Translations under genes and position numbers: made by a program
DNA from: Phycisphaerales bacterium
GTDB lineage: Bacteria > Planctomycetota > Phycisphaerae > Phycisphaerales > UBA5793
Assembly (NCBI GenBank): GCA_026647365.1
Contig: JAPKGW010000003.1
Coordinates: 23,220 to 87,219, forward strand
Direction of reading: 5' to 3'
DNA: 64,000 nt
The notes under the pieces: model-generated
Database searches by the model: none
Told to the model about the DNA's origin: nothing
What the model saw: the letters and a program-made list of their open reading frames with translations, nothing else
Shown: positions 28,424 through 37,737 of the stretch, in pieces
How the letters are laid out: the number at the start of each line of letters is the position of its first letter
Numbering within the stretch: the first letter of the stretch is position 1

Positions 28424-29542
28424 GTGGGCGGTCCTCACACGATCCAGCGGCTCCTTCTTGGAATGAAGCAGTACGACGCCTCGGACCTGCACATCAAGGC
28501 AGGATTGCCGCCGACCTTCCGCGTCGGCGGCCTCCTGCGGGCGGTTGACGGCCCGCCCCTCTCCGGCGACGATTGCGATCACTTCCTCGATCCGATCATT
28601 CCTGTGCGCCTTCGACCGCGCTTCGAGGAGTCGGGCGACCTCGACTTCGCCACGTTCAACGAGATCGGCGACCGCTTCCGCGTGAACCTGTTCCGCGCCG
28701 GCGGACACATGAACGCCGCCATCCGCCGCGTGAAGGGCGAGATTCCCACCTACAAGTCCCTCCACCTTCCCCCGGTCTACGACCGGCTTGTGACGGAAAC
28801 CAACGAGGGGCTGATCCTCGTCGTGGGCGTGACGGGCAGCGGCAAATCCAGCACGCTGGCCGCGATGATCGAGCACATCAACCACATCCGCGCCGAGCAC
28901 GTCATCACCATCGAGGATCCGGTCGAGTACCAGTTCAAGCCCAAGCTGTCAATCATCTCGCAGCGGGAGATCGGCATCGACGTACCCGACTACAAGGCCG
29001 CACTCCGCTACCTCGTGCGGCAGGACCCGGACGTGGTCTTCATCGGCGAGATGCGCGACCACGATACGGTGCTTGCGGCGATCCAGGCGGCGGAGACGGG
29101 CCACCTGGTCTTCGGCTCCATGCACACCGCCGACACCATGCAGTCCATGAGCCGCATCCTCGAGTTCTTCCCGCAGGATGAGCACGGCTTCATCCGCAGC
29201 GCGCTGGCCAACACGCTCAAGGCGGTCTGCGCCCAGCGCCTCCTGCCCGCGATGGAGGGGTTCGAATCTTCGGCCGTCCCCGCCACCGAAGTCCTCCTGA
29301 GCAGCCCGATCATGAAGGAGAAGATCCGCGACGGCCAGGAGGAAGACCTCCCCGCGATCATCAACCAGAGCACCGAAGAGGGCATGCGCTCCTTCACCCA
29401 GTCTCTCACCGAACTCGTGGAGAAGGAATGGGTCCGCAAGGCGGTGGCGATGGACTACGCGCCCAACCGCAACGCGCTTGAGAGTTCGCTCAAGGGAGTG
29501 GAAGTGCGCACGCAGACTCTCGTCAACCGCATCCGGGGTTGA
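28424..29542 (+). CDS. pilT: Type IV pilus retraction ATPase PilT
   Basis: ASDLHIKAGLPPTFRVGG, Walker A GVTGSGKSSTLAAMI, and ITIEDPVEY...FIGEMRD...TGHLVFGSMHT. GTG 28424 follows GGGAGG by 7 nt and gives a typical 372 aa. The track start 28205 overlaps the MATE gene. Confidence 0.9.
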   Translation: MGGPHTIQRLLLGMKQYDASDLHIKAGLPPTFRVGGLLRAVDGPPLSGDDCDHFLDPIIPVRLRPRFEESGDLDFATFNEIGDRFRVNLFRAGGHMNAAIRRVKGEIPTYKSLHLPPVYDRLVTETNEGLILVVGVTGSGKSSTLAAMIEHINHIRAEHVITIEDPVEYQFKPKLSIISQREIGIDVPDYKAALRYLVRQDPDVVFIGEMRDHDTVLAAIQAAETGHLVFGSMHTADTMQSMSRILEFFPQDEHGFIRSALANTLKAVCAQRLLPAMEGFESSAVPATEVLLSSPIMKEKIRDGQEEDLPAIINQSTEEGMRSFTQSLTELVEKEWVRKAVAMDYAPNRNALESSLKGVEVRTQTLVNRIRG

Positions 29543-29611
29543 GGGCGTTGGCAGGCGAGCCGGACGATGTCGGTCCGTCCCGCCGCATTGACGCCGCGGC
29601 AGATTCACCCT

Positions 29612-32600
29612 CTACCGCTTGAAGGTCGCGTCGGCGCGGACGGCCTTGCCGGCCTCGACGGTGACATTCTGCGTGCTCTCGCCGAGTATCGGATGGTGGA
29701 AGACGACCTCGTACTGCCCCGGCGGCAGGCCGGCGATGCGGTACACGCCGCGACCGTCCGACACGGCGTGATACGAATGGTCGAAGACGTAGATGAGTGC
29801 GTTCATCCAGGCGTGAACTTCGCACTTGAGGCGCATTCCCATTTCCGGCGCATTGAACACCTGCCGATGGACCATGCCCATGACCGGCTGGGCGACGTTG
29901 AAGCCCGCATTCTTCTCGGCGGTGAGTTTGAGGTTGTGGTTCAGCGGATCACTGTTGCGCATCTCGAGCGGCTGGCCCGTGGTGATGGTGCTGACATGAG
30001 GCTCGTAGATGCAGCCGTTCTGGTTGATCACCTTGCCGCCGTCAAGCGGGTTTCTGCCGGCAGGCGCGCTGCGGATGAACACCACAACGTCGGCGAGCGA
30101 GCCGTTGTCGTTGATGACGACATCGGCGGTCAGCGGGGTCGGCAGGCCACGCTCGCGCGAGACCGCCTGGCAGGCCGCATCGAGGCGGACCCGCGTCCGG
30201 CGAGGCGCCGGCCCCTCGAAGGCGATCAGGCCGGCGATCGAGCCCGTCGCGGGGTCGGCGTTGTTCAGCACCGAGGCGACGGCGGCTTCGCGGTCTTCCG
30301 CTTTCTGCTCGGGAGTGAGTTCCGGCCGTTGCGCCGGTGTCGGAGTCGGCGCCGGTTCGGCGCCGCCGTTCTTCTCGCCCGGGTCGGCTTCGGCCTGGGC
30401 GGGCGCCTGGGCCGGCGGAGCCTCGCCGCGCGCCTCAGCCTCGCGACGCCGCTGCTCGGCGAACGCCTCGAGGTCGATGGCGGCGGTCGGCGACTTCTCG
30501 TCCCTGAGCAGGTGCTCACCCACGGTGTATCGCCGCTTGCCCGCGGCATAGAGCCAGCGCACGATCAGGTCAATCTGTCCCTCGGGATCGGAGCCATAAA
30601 GCGCCTCGAACTTCCGTCGAGTCTCCTCGGGATAGCCTGCGGCAGCGCTGACGGCGCCCGTGTCGCCGAAGAGCGACGGCATTTTGGTGCCCGGCATGAT
30701 CGAGTTCGGCTGGCGGAGCCAGTTCCTGACGTAGTCCTCCTGGAGGCGGACGTAGGTCAGCGCAAGGTTGGGCGCGCTGATCTTGTCATAGAGCGACGGC
30801 GCCTGCTCCTGCGCGGGCTCGTCAGAGCCGTAGGGATCCTGTTCGTCTTCCCCGTAGCCGCCGCCTTCTTCCTCTTCTCCTTCGCCGCTGCCGTACGGAT
30901 CAGGCTCCTCGTCCGCAGCGGGGAGCGGCTCGTTCTGCATCTCAAAGATGCGTTCGAGTTTGTCCCATTGGCCCAGCGCGTGGCAGGCGAAGCAGCCCAG
31001 GTCGGTGACGATTTTCTCGCCAAGGGCGAACTCCTCGGGAGTCATGTTGTCAATGGGCGGCGCCTGGAAGGGGAAGTCGACGCCCTCGTAGACGCCGCGC
31101 AGGAACCGCAGGTCATGCCAGATCTGGCCGTGCTTGCGTGCGAACTCTTCGGGCGAGTCGGAACGCGAAGGGAAGAGATTGGGGGCATAAAGCCCATGCG
31201 CCCGCGCGGTCTGCACGATCGCGTCGCGCGTTCTCTCGAACGGTTCGGGCAGGAGCATTCGGCCGACGGCTTCCTGGGCGGCGGCGCGTGCAAGTTCATC
31301 AGCGGTCTTGGCCGTGCTGCCCGAGGCGACGACCTCCTTGAACCGGTCTCGATACGCCCGGTCATACTCGCTGGTGAGGGCGGCGTCCACCGGCTGCAGG
31401 TGTTTCGCGATCAGCCGCGCATCCATCGTCGTCTGTCCGGCGACGTACTCGACGAGCCACTGCGTCTCCTGCGGCGTGAGGTTGAAACTCGGCATGCGGA
31501 TTTCGAGCCACGGCCGGAGCATCTCGACGTTGTTGAGGAATGAATAGAACCAGGCATGCTGGGTCTTGGCGCCGTTGCCGACGATGCGCGGCGGGGCGTT
31601 GGGCAGATTCTCCTGCGTCTGGGCGTAGTTGACGCTCCCGTCACGGCCGCGGATTTCGAAGTACTGCCTGACGTTGGGGACGTTGTTCTCAATGTCGTGG
31701 CATCCGAAGCAGTTGAGCGCCTCGGCCATGAGGCGGCCGCGGGCGCGCATCGTGGCGGGATCGTCGGCCGCGTTGCGCAGCGAGCCGCGCACCAGCGGCG
31801 GCTTGAGGCTCGTCACGTACGCCACCAGCGCCCGCGCCTCCGAATCGCGCATGAAGAAGCGCGGCATGCGCAACTTGAGGTAGGGCTCGCCCACCGAGCG
31901 GATCTCGACGTCGGCGTCGCCCAGGCCCGAGTCCTTCCCTGTCGCCAGGTCGACGTAGCGACCCTCCCGTCTGACCAGCCGGCGAGTTCCGTCGCGCCGG
32001 GCGGCGTAGATGATCTCGCCCTCGGGCGTCATCTCGCCCTCGACGTTGAGTTTGCTGCGATCGAAGATGCGGCTGTTGTGCAGTTTCGCGTGGAGATAGC
32101 CGCGGCGGTCGTTGGGCACGTGCTCCCACGCCAGCGTGCGCTTCGACACCAGCGGGTCATGCGCGTCGCCGCTGATCTTCACCGCGTCCTCGGTCAACCC
32201 TTCGCGCTGCACGAACCAGACGTCGGTCTGTGGCGGCCTCTGGTGATCGAAGATGTGTTCGAAGAAGCCGAAGTCGAGTTTGTGCGGGTCCTTGCGCCCG
32301 TAGGTGCTGAGGTTGGCGGACACGGCGAGTGCGGAGTCAAAGCCGCTGATCTGGTGGCAGCCGAAGCAGCCGTAATGCTGGATCATGCGGGAGCCGAGGT
32401 CGAACTGCTTTTCTTCGAGCGACATGGAGGCAAGCCGGTCACGTGCCGCCCGGTCGGAGATCGCGTTGCGCTGGAGGTTGATGAGCAGGGCGTCGATCAT
32501 CTGCTCGTCGGCCTCGAAGTGCTGAGGTTCATAGGCCGGGTGCTTCTGCTCGAGCAGGTACGCCGCCAGGTCGAGCGCTTCCTGCTCGGAAAGGCGGAAC

Positions 32601-35449
32601 CGGGGCATGATGGTGTAGTCGGAGTAGTGTGCGGGGTTGCGCAGCCAGTCGTAGAGCCAGGCGCGGGCCTGGTCGCGGCTGCGGTTGTGGAGGAGTTTCG
32701 TGCCCACGGCCGAGAGTTCCGGCGCGACCTTGCTGTAGCGCTGCGGCTCGTGGGTCATCAGGTGCCAGTGCAGGCGCGTGTACTGGGCGGGCTTGATGCG
32801 AGCGGTGGGCCGGCCCGAGGCGTCAAGCGTGAAGAATCCAACGTTGTCTTCGCTCGTTTCCGCGCCGCTGAGGCCCTCGTTGGCCTCCGCGTCGGCCGCG
32901 ATTCGCCGCAGCGCGCCTTCGCGGTCCAGGCCGAAGCGCTCCTGGAGGTCGAACGTTACCCAGTCCAGACCCGACTCGTTCACGTTGGAATGGCAGGCAA
33001 GGCAGCCGACAGCCTTGAAGATCGCGCGGCCCGCCTCGGCGCTGCCGGCGGTATTCAGGCCCGGCGCGTCGGGCGCCGGCAGCGGTTCCGGCGCGTACCG
33101 CGGCCTGGTCGGGTCTTCTCCGGCACGAACAAGGTAGTGCGCCATCGCTGCGACTTCCGCGCGCGTTCGCCGGATGTCCAGGGGCGAGGAGTTGTTCTCG
33201 GTCAGGAAAAAGTGGGGCATGCGCGTGTTGGGGCGGAACGCCTTGGGCGCCCAGGTCCACGACGCGATCATGTCCTCGCTCAGCTTCTCCTTCACGTGCA
33301 CCAGACTCGGGCCGATCTGCCGCACGTCGGGCAGGCCCGGCTGGCTTCTCAGCGTGCTCCCCAGCGAATCCACCACGTGGCAGTTGGCGCAGCCCAGTTC
33401 GGTGAACAGCAGCCGACCCTGCGTCAGCATCGGCGCGGTGCGGTCGAGTTGCAGTTCATCAGTGTGGCAGCGGTTGCACGAGGACTCGACGTACTGGAGT
33501 TCGTGCATCGGCCGCTCCCAGTAGTGAAACTGGATGGGATGCCAGCCGTAGCGCTTCTCCCAGAGGCGCTGCTGCTTGACGGCTCGAGCGAGTTCGCCGC
33601 CTCGGGCGTCGAGGTACGCCGCGGCCGTCACGCCATGCGCCTCGTTGGGAAAGCCGTGGGGATCATCATACTTCTCCGCGTCCGCGTACCAGTGCGCGTC
33701 GTGGAACATCTCCGAGGCGCCGTGCGCATCGGCCTCGCTGTCTTCGCCGGCGGCGTGGGTGGAGGGCTCGGTCTCGGTCAGCGAGGCGAGCACGATCGTG
33801 GGCGCCGCGTCAGTCGCAGGCCCCGCCTTCACCGTGCGCGAGTTGCGCATCGGCGAGCGCAACAGCCGCGTGATGTCCGCGTCGCTTCCGACCGATCGCA
33901 CGAGGAAGTCGGGGATGAGCATGCCGGTGCGCTCGTCCACCCACACGTTCTGCGGCGTGTGAGCGGTGTGGACGAACTGAGTTTCTTCTCCCGAGCCTTC
34001 GTGGCAGCTGGTGCAGCCCATGCGCGCGATGGGGTGCTTGGAATCGGGGTCGGCATAGAGGTCCAGTTGCGGATGGGCAAGGAAGAGGCGGCTGGGATTG
34101 AGCCTCGCGCGCCCGTTGGCGGCGGATCGCTGGTTGTACTCGGCGACCAGCGCGTGGCGGTAGGCGTCGAGGAAGGCGCGGCGCTGCGCCTTGCTGAGCC
34201 GCGACTCGACGATTTCGCCGAGCCGAATGCGGTACTCGACGAGCGGCTCGTACCAGTTGCGCCATGAGGCGGGCCAGCGCCCCAGTACGGCATCGGCGAC
34301 CGATCGCACATCGTCCATCGTGGAGATCGTCGCTCCGCCGCCCGATGCGGGCGTCCAGCCGGACCGGACGGGATCGTCAGCGGGCGAGGAGTCATGGATT
34401 GAGGCCCAGGCGCTGATCAGGGCGCTCTGCGCCGCGGCCAGTTCGCGTTTCGGGCCGCCGTCGTCGCTGGGCAGGGCTTCGATGGCCCGTTCCCAGAAGG
34501 GCAGGAGAGCTACCGGCGGCAGGTTCGCCTTCACGACCTCGAGGACGTCGTCCTGCCGCGCGCGAGGGAGACGGTCTCGCAGCACCTGGAACTCGAGGAA
34601 TCGCAGCAGCGCATCCTCCGCGAAGAAGGGGTTGTCAATCGTGACGTGGCAGGTCATGCACCTGTCGATCGTGGGCACCTGCGCGAGGTTGACGTCCGTA
34701 AGGACATCATCCACCTTCTGCTGGCGGACCTTGATGCCGGGGTTGAAGGCGTCGAGCAGGGGCTGGTTGCGAAGCCAGTTGCCGATGGAGCCGGCGAGGC
34801 CCGGCTCGAGTTGCTCGAGACGGCCGATCGCCTTGTCAAGGTCGGTGTTGATTGCCTTGATCTGTGCCTGCAGGTCGGTGATCTCGCGCTCCATTTCGCG
34901 GCGTGCGGCCTTGAGTTGCTCCATCCGCGCTTCCCACGCCTTGACTTCATCGTCTCCCTCGCGCTTCTGCGCGCGCAGGGATTCCAGGGCGGCCTCTTCG
35001 CGCCGAAGTTCCGCCTGGTGGTCCGGCGTGCCTTCGTTGGCCTGGATGAGCGCCTTGAGGCGCTCGACGCGCTGCTCCTTGGGCGAGATGTTGCCGTCGA
35101 CGAACAACTGGAGATGCTTGTTGCGTTGATCCCGCTTCGTCGCGAGGTCGGCGATCTCTTCGCCGGCGCGGATGTAATCGGGATTGCTCCGCACGACCTG
35201 CTCGACCGAGGCGAGCCGCTCCTTGAGCGCCTCGACGTTGGCCAGCCGCGCATGAAGGTCGGAGACGGACTTCTTCCATCGCGTCATCTCCGTCTCCCAG
35301 CGCACGACTTCGACCTGCGGCTGGCGGTACTCGTTGTGCCAGTCCTCGAAGACGGCGACGAGCACGGTCAGCGCCAGCATGACCGAAGACGCCGCGAAGA
35401 TGATGTGAAGTCGGTTCTGGTCCCGGAACGTCTTGGTGGTGACAGGCAC
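29612..35449 (-). CDS. Giant (1945 aa) membrane-anchored multi-domain cytochrome c with C-terminal cupredoxin and CarboxypepD_reg-like domains
   Basis: GTG start 7 nt after GGAGGAG. The N-terminal TM helix is followed by a ~200-aa heptad/coiled-coil-like region. Eight CxxCH motifs are present: CMTCH, CTSCH, CNRCH, CANCH, CLACH, CFGCH, CFGCH and CFACH. Five sit in class-I cytochrome c contexts followed by MPxF...L..Y(L/V) distal-Met segments. The C-terminus carries NSDPLNHN ... KCEVHAWM (type-1 Cu ligand pattern), then GVYRIAGLPPGQYEVVF. Confidence 0.9.
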   Translation of the reverse strand: MPVTTKTFRDQNRLHIIFAASSVMLALTVLVAVFEDWHNEYRQPQVEVVRWETEMTRWKKSVSDLHARLANVEALKERLASVEQVVRSNPDYIRAGEEIADLATKRDQRNKHLQLFVDGNISPKEQRVERLKALIQANEGTPDHQAELRREEAALESLRAQKREGDDEVKAWEARMEQLKAARREMEREITDLQAQIKAINTDLDKAIGRLEQLEPGLAGSIGNWLRNQPLLDAFNPGIKVRQQKVDDVLTDVNLAQVPTIDRCMTCHVTIDNPFFAEDALLRFLEFQVLRDRLPRARQDDVLEVVKANLPPVALLPFWERAIEALPSDDGGPKRELAAAQSALISAWASIHDSSPADDPVRSGWTPASGGGATISTMDDVRSVADAVLGRWPASWRNWYEPLVEYRIRLGEIVESRLSKAQRRAFLDAYRHALVAEYNQRSAANGRARLNPSRLFLAHPQLDLYADPDSKHPIARMGCTSCHEGSGEETQFVHTAHTPQNVWVDERTGMLIPDFLVRSVGSDADITRLLRSPMRNSRTVKAGPATDAAPTIVLASLTETEPSTHAAGEDSEADAHGASEMFHDAHWYADAEKYDDPHGFPNEAHGVTAAAYLDARGGELARAVKQQRLWEKRYGWHPIQFHYWERPMHELQYVESSCNRCHTDELQLDRTAPMLTQGRLLFTELGCANCHVVDSLGSTLRSQPGLPDVRQIGPSLVHVKEKLSEDMIASWTWAPKAFRPNTRMPHFFLTENNSSPLDIRRTRAEVAAMAHYLVRAGEDPTRPRYAPEPLPAPDAPGLNTAGSAEAGRAIFKAVGCLACHSNVNESGLDWVTFDLQERFGLDREGALRRIAADAEANEGLSGAETSEDNVGFFTLDASGRPTARIKPAQYTRLHWHLMTHEPQRYSKVAPELSAVGTKLLHNRSRDQARAWLYDWLRNPAHYSDYTIMPRFRLSEQEALDLAAYLLEQKHPAYEPQHFEADEQMIDALLINLQRNAISDRAARDRLASMSLEEKQFDLGSRMIQHYGCFGCHQISGFDSALAVSANLSTYGRKDPHKLDFGFFEHIFDHQRPPQTDVWFVQREGLTEDAVKISGDAHDPLVSKRTLAWEHVPNDRRGYLHAKLHNSRIFDRSKLNVEGEMTPEGEIIYAARRDGTRRLVRREGRYVDLATGKDSGLGDADVEIRSVGEPYLKLRMPRFFMRDSEARALVAYVTSLKPPLVRGSLRNAADDPATMRARGRLMAEALNCFGCHDIENNVPNVRQYFEIRGRDGSVNYAQTQENLPNAPPRIVGNGAKTQHAWFYSFLNNVEMLRPWLEIRMPSFNLTPQETQWLVEYVAGQTTMDARLIAKHLQPVDAALTSEYDRAYRDRFKEVVASGSTAKTADELARAAAQEAVGRMLLPEPFERTRDAIVQTARAHGLYAPNLFPSRSDSPEEFARKHGQIWHDLRFLRGVYEGVDFPFQAPPIDNMTPEEFALGEKIVTDLGCFACHALGQWDKLERIFEMQNEPLPAADEEPDPYGSGEGEEEEGGGYGEDEQDPYGSDEPAQEQAPSLYDKISAPNLALTYVRLQEDYVRNWLRQPNSIMPGTKMPSLFGDTGAVSAAAGYPEETRRKFEALYGSDPEGQIDLIVRWLYAAGKRRYTVGEHLLRDEKSPTAAIDLEAFAEQRRREAEARGEAPPAQAPAQAEADPGEKNGGAEPAPTPTPAQRPELTPEQKAEDREAAVASVLNNADPATGSIAGLIAFEGPAPRRTRVRLDAACQAVSRERGLPTPLTADVVINDNGSLADVVVFIRSAPAGRNPLDGGKVINQNGCIYEPHVSTITTGQPLEMRNSDPLNHNLKLTAEKNAGFNVAQPVMGMVHRQVFNAPEMGMRLKCEVHAWMNALIYVFDHSYHAVSDGRGVYRIAGLPPGQYEVVFHHPILGESTQNVTVEAGKAVRADATFKR

Positions 35450-35563
35450 GAGGAGGCTCCTCCAGACTCAGCAGCCGCGCATCGACCCCGGCGGGGGCAG
35501 CCTGTCCACGCTGGCGGCCCGATTCGGGCGGGCGCAAGTGGAGAACAGGCGCCGGGGGCGGCA

Positions 35564-35592
35564 AGTATATTGACGGCCTTCCCTTACTCCAA
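35564..35592 (-). promoter_or_regulatory. Candidate sigma70-like promoter for the giant cytochrome gene
   Basis: The minus strand reads TTGGAG (35592-35587), a 17-nt spacer, then TATACT (35569-35564), about 110 nt upstream of the start codon. This is a pattern match only. Confidence 0.25.
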
Positions 35593-35666
35593 AGGGGTGA
35601 AGCCTGAAATCGTGAAAAAACGTACGAGCGATCCGATCCCGTCACGCCTTCCGCAGGATCCCCTCC

Positions 35667-36332
35667 ATGACCCGACCCGTTTCGCCGCCGATGATCCCGT
35701 ATGTTCCCTCTCGGCAGCATATCGACGCCATCGACGCCTCGCGCTCGTTTCTGGAGGTGATGGCACAGAGGCGATCGGTCCGCGCCTTCAGCGATCGTCC
35801 GGTCCCGCGCGAGGTGATCGAGAATCTCATTGCCGTCGCGGGCACTGCCCCGAGCGGGGCGAACAAGCAGCCGTGGCGCTTCGTGGCCGTCAATGATCCG
35901 GCGCTCAAGCATGAGATCCGTCTCGCGGCCGAGGCAGAGGAGCGCGAGTTCTACACGCGGCGGGCGTCGCGCCGCTGGCTCGACGACCTTCACGCCCTGG
36001 GCACGGACGAGCACAAGGAGTTCCTCGATACCGCTCCCTGGCTCGTGGCCATCTTCAAACTCGTTCACACAGACGATGGGGGTCAGGTGTACTACGTCGA
36101 GGAATCCGTCGGCATTGCGGCCGGGGTCTTTATCACGGCCGTGCATCTCGCCGGGCTGGTTACACTCACTCACACGCCCAGCCCGATGAAGTTCCTCGCG
36201 CAGATTCTGCATCGGCCCGCAAACGAGCGGCCGTTTCTGCTGCTACCCATCGGCTATCCGGCGCCGGAATGCAAAGTGCCGGACATCACGCGCAAGCGCC
36301 TTGGCGAGATCATGGTCGTCAATCGGGGCTGA
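35667..36332 (+). CDS. Nitroreductase-family flavoprotein (iodotyrosine-deiodinase-like subgroup)
   Basis: MAQRRSVRAFSDRPVP, APSGANKQPWRFVAV, EREFY...EFLDTAPWLVAIF and PSPMKFL...RPANERPFLLLPIGYP. Confidence 0.85.
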   Translation: MTRPVSPPMIPYVPSRQHIDAIDASRSFLEVMAQRRSVRAFSDRPVPREVIENLIAVAGTAPSGANKQPWRFVAVNDPALKHEIRLAAEAEEREFYTRRASRRWLDDLHALGTDEHKEFLDTAPWLVAIFKLVHTDDGGQVYYVEESVGIAAGVFITAVHLAGLVTLTHTPSPMKFLAQILHRPANERPFLLLPIGYPAPECKVPDITRKRLGEIMVVNRG

Positions 36333-36377
36333 TCGGAAGACGTCGATGGACAGCGCGATCGCGCGCGGATCGCTTAC

Positions 36378-36408
36378 ATCAGGTCAATACCTGATTCGGT
36401 GTTTCTGT
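36378..36408 (+). terminator. Candidate terminator after the nitroreductase gene
   Basis: Stem atcaggt (36378-36384) pairs with acctgat (36389-36395) around loop caat, and is followed by tcggtgtttctgtg. Confidence 0.4.
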
Positions 36409-36970
36409 GCAGCCAAAGCGGTTGGGCAAGTGACCGAGGCGCTGCCGCTTCGGCGTTGACTGGGGTCTTGCCGAGATGCCTGGGCCCAAAAACGGAAGGA
36501 ACCCGATCCGTGGCAAATCGGGTTCGCGTCCCGTACCGTGTCTCTTTCCCCGCCGCGCTGTCCGGCGATGCTCGTGGGTAACACCCCCGGACAGTGTCCC
36601 GTGCGGCGGGAACGGCTTTTCGGCGTCGGCGCTGCGTGTGGCTGCCCTCAGGTGAAGGGGGATGGCAGCGCCTGATCGCCAGCGGAATGTTCGCACAAGG
36701 GCGGTGAGCGGTTCCTCGCGTTTTCTCTTTTCCGGCGGCGGCGCGCAGCGGCGGTGATTCGGGCCGTCGGCCGTTCGTTCCCGCGCCCGCACCGAGGTAT
36801 ACTCCCTAGATAGAAGTTGCGGCTGGTCCTTGTGGCAGGACCATGAAGCGATCACGCTCTGCAGCGGGGCGCTTGGGCCCAGAGACAATCCGGTGCGTCA
36901 CGTCTGCTCGCCGACTGGCTGCTGCCCACTGCTCTCCGGGATGATCACCCGGTGACGGGAGGACTCGACC

Positions 36971-37699
36971 ATGCGGGAAAAGCGCAACGCTCTTCTTGTT
37001 CTCTTCGTCTTCATTTTCTTCGGATGGGCCTTCTGGGCTTGGTTCATGGCAGGGCCGGAGACCGCGGGCCGCACTGAGCAGCGCCTTGCGGCGACGGTTC
37101 TTTTTCTCGCGGTCAGCGCCATCCTCTGCTGGGCCTTGTGCTTCGAGGACAAGCTCCCGGACACGCTCGGCAAGTATGCCGGAGGACTCTACTACGAACA
37201 GAACGGTCTCTGCTTCATCCCCGTCATGCGCAAAGAAGGCGAGCAGGCCTTCATCCACATCTACTTCGAGAACCGCTTCGAGAACGACTGCAACGCGATC
37301 ATTCACATGCGCCCTCCGCCTGAATCGATCCAGCACCGGCCCGACGCGGCGGACATTCACTTCTCCTTCTCCTGCCCCGGCGGCGGAGTGGGAGTGATCC
37401 AGCAGCCCGTGGCGGTGCATCCCCGCCTGCAAGGCTCGGTCGTGGACGTGCTGCTTGCGGCCGCGGTCAACTATCCGCACAGCCAGGGCGAGCAACTTCG
37501 TTCGCAGAAGGGACTGCCCTGCGGGACGTTCCACGTGGATTGGGGCGAGACCTTCCGGACGGGATCGCACGAACTTTCCGGCGAGATCGACCTGGTCGAT
37601 CCCGTGATGATCCATCTGCCCGTTCCGCGCAACGTGACCAATCGCATCCGCCGGGGCCAGCAGTGGCGGCACCAGATCTTCTCACGTTACGAGAAGTAA
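36971..37699 (+). CDS. Hypothetical membrane protein (two N-terminal TM helices)
   Basis: ATG preceded by GGGAGGA. N-terminus is LLVLFVFIFFGWAFWAWFMAG followed by LAATVLFLAVSAILCWALCF. I recognised no family motif. The opposite-strand ORF 36806-37672 is judged a shadow. Confidence 0.6.
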   Translation: MREKRNALLVLFVFIFFGWAFWAWFMAGPETAGRTEQRLAATVLFLAVSAILCWALCFEDKLPDTLGKYAGGLYYEQNGLCFIPVMRKEGEQAFIHIYFENRFENDCNAIIHMRPPPESIQHRPDAADIHFSFSCPGGGVGVIQQPVAVHPRLQGSVVDVLLAAAVNYPHSQGEQLRSQKGLPCGTFHVDWGETFRTGSHELSGEIDLVDPVMIHLPVPRNVTNRIRRGQQWRHQIFSRYEK

Positions 37700-37737
37700 G
37701 GGTGCGACTTGCCATCGGCCGACGGGCGGCCGACACT

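Noticed and set aside
31556-34267. 903-aa plus-strand ORF, together with 29567-31543 (658 aa) and 34646-35896 (416 aa)
   Set aside because: All three are antisense to the giant cytochrome gene, whose eight CxxCH motifs and cupredoxin strongly support the minus-strand frame. The plus-strand products are low-complexity Arg/Val/Gly sequences.
36519-36533. tRNA T-arm-like sequence cgggTTCGCGTcccg
   Set aside because: The loop has C where the conserved A58 should be. I could not build acceptor, D or anticodon arms around it.
36379-36888. 169-aa minus-strand ORF in the long intergenic gap
   Set aside because: It has an Arg/Pro/Ser-rich sequence, no RBS and no motif. The region is better explained as non-coding with multiple hairpins.
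36333-36970. Possible known RNA family (cobalamin or c-di-GMP riboswitch, SRP RNA, RNase P, tmRNA, 6S)
   Set aside because: There are only fragmentary resemblances (GCCCACTG, GGTGAAGGG, CGGAAGGAA, GGCAAATC). None of the full conserved cores, such as GAGGAAAGUCC, the GGAA-closed SRP helix 8 or a 3' CCACCA-type end, is present.
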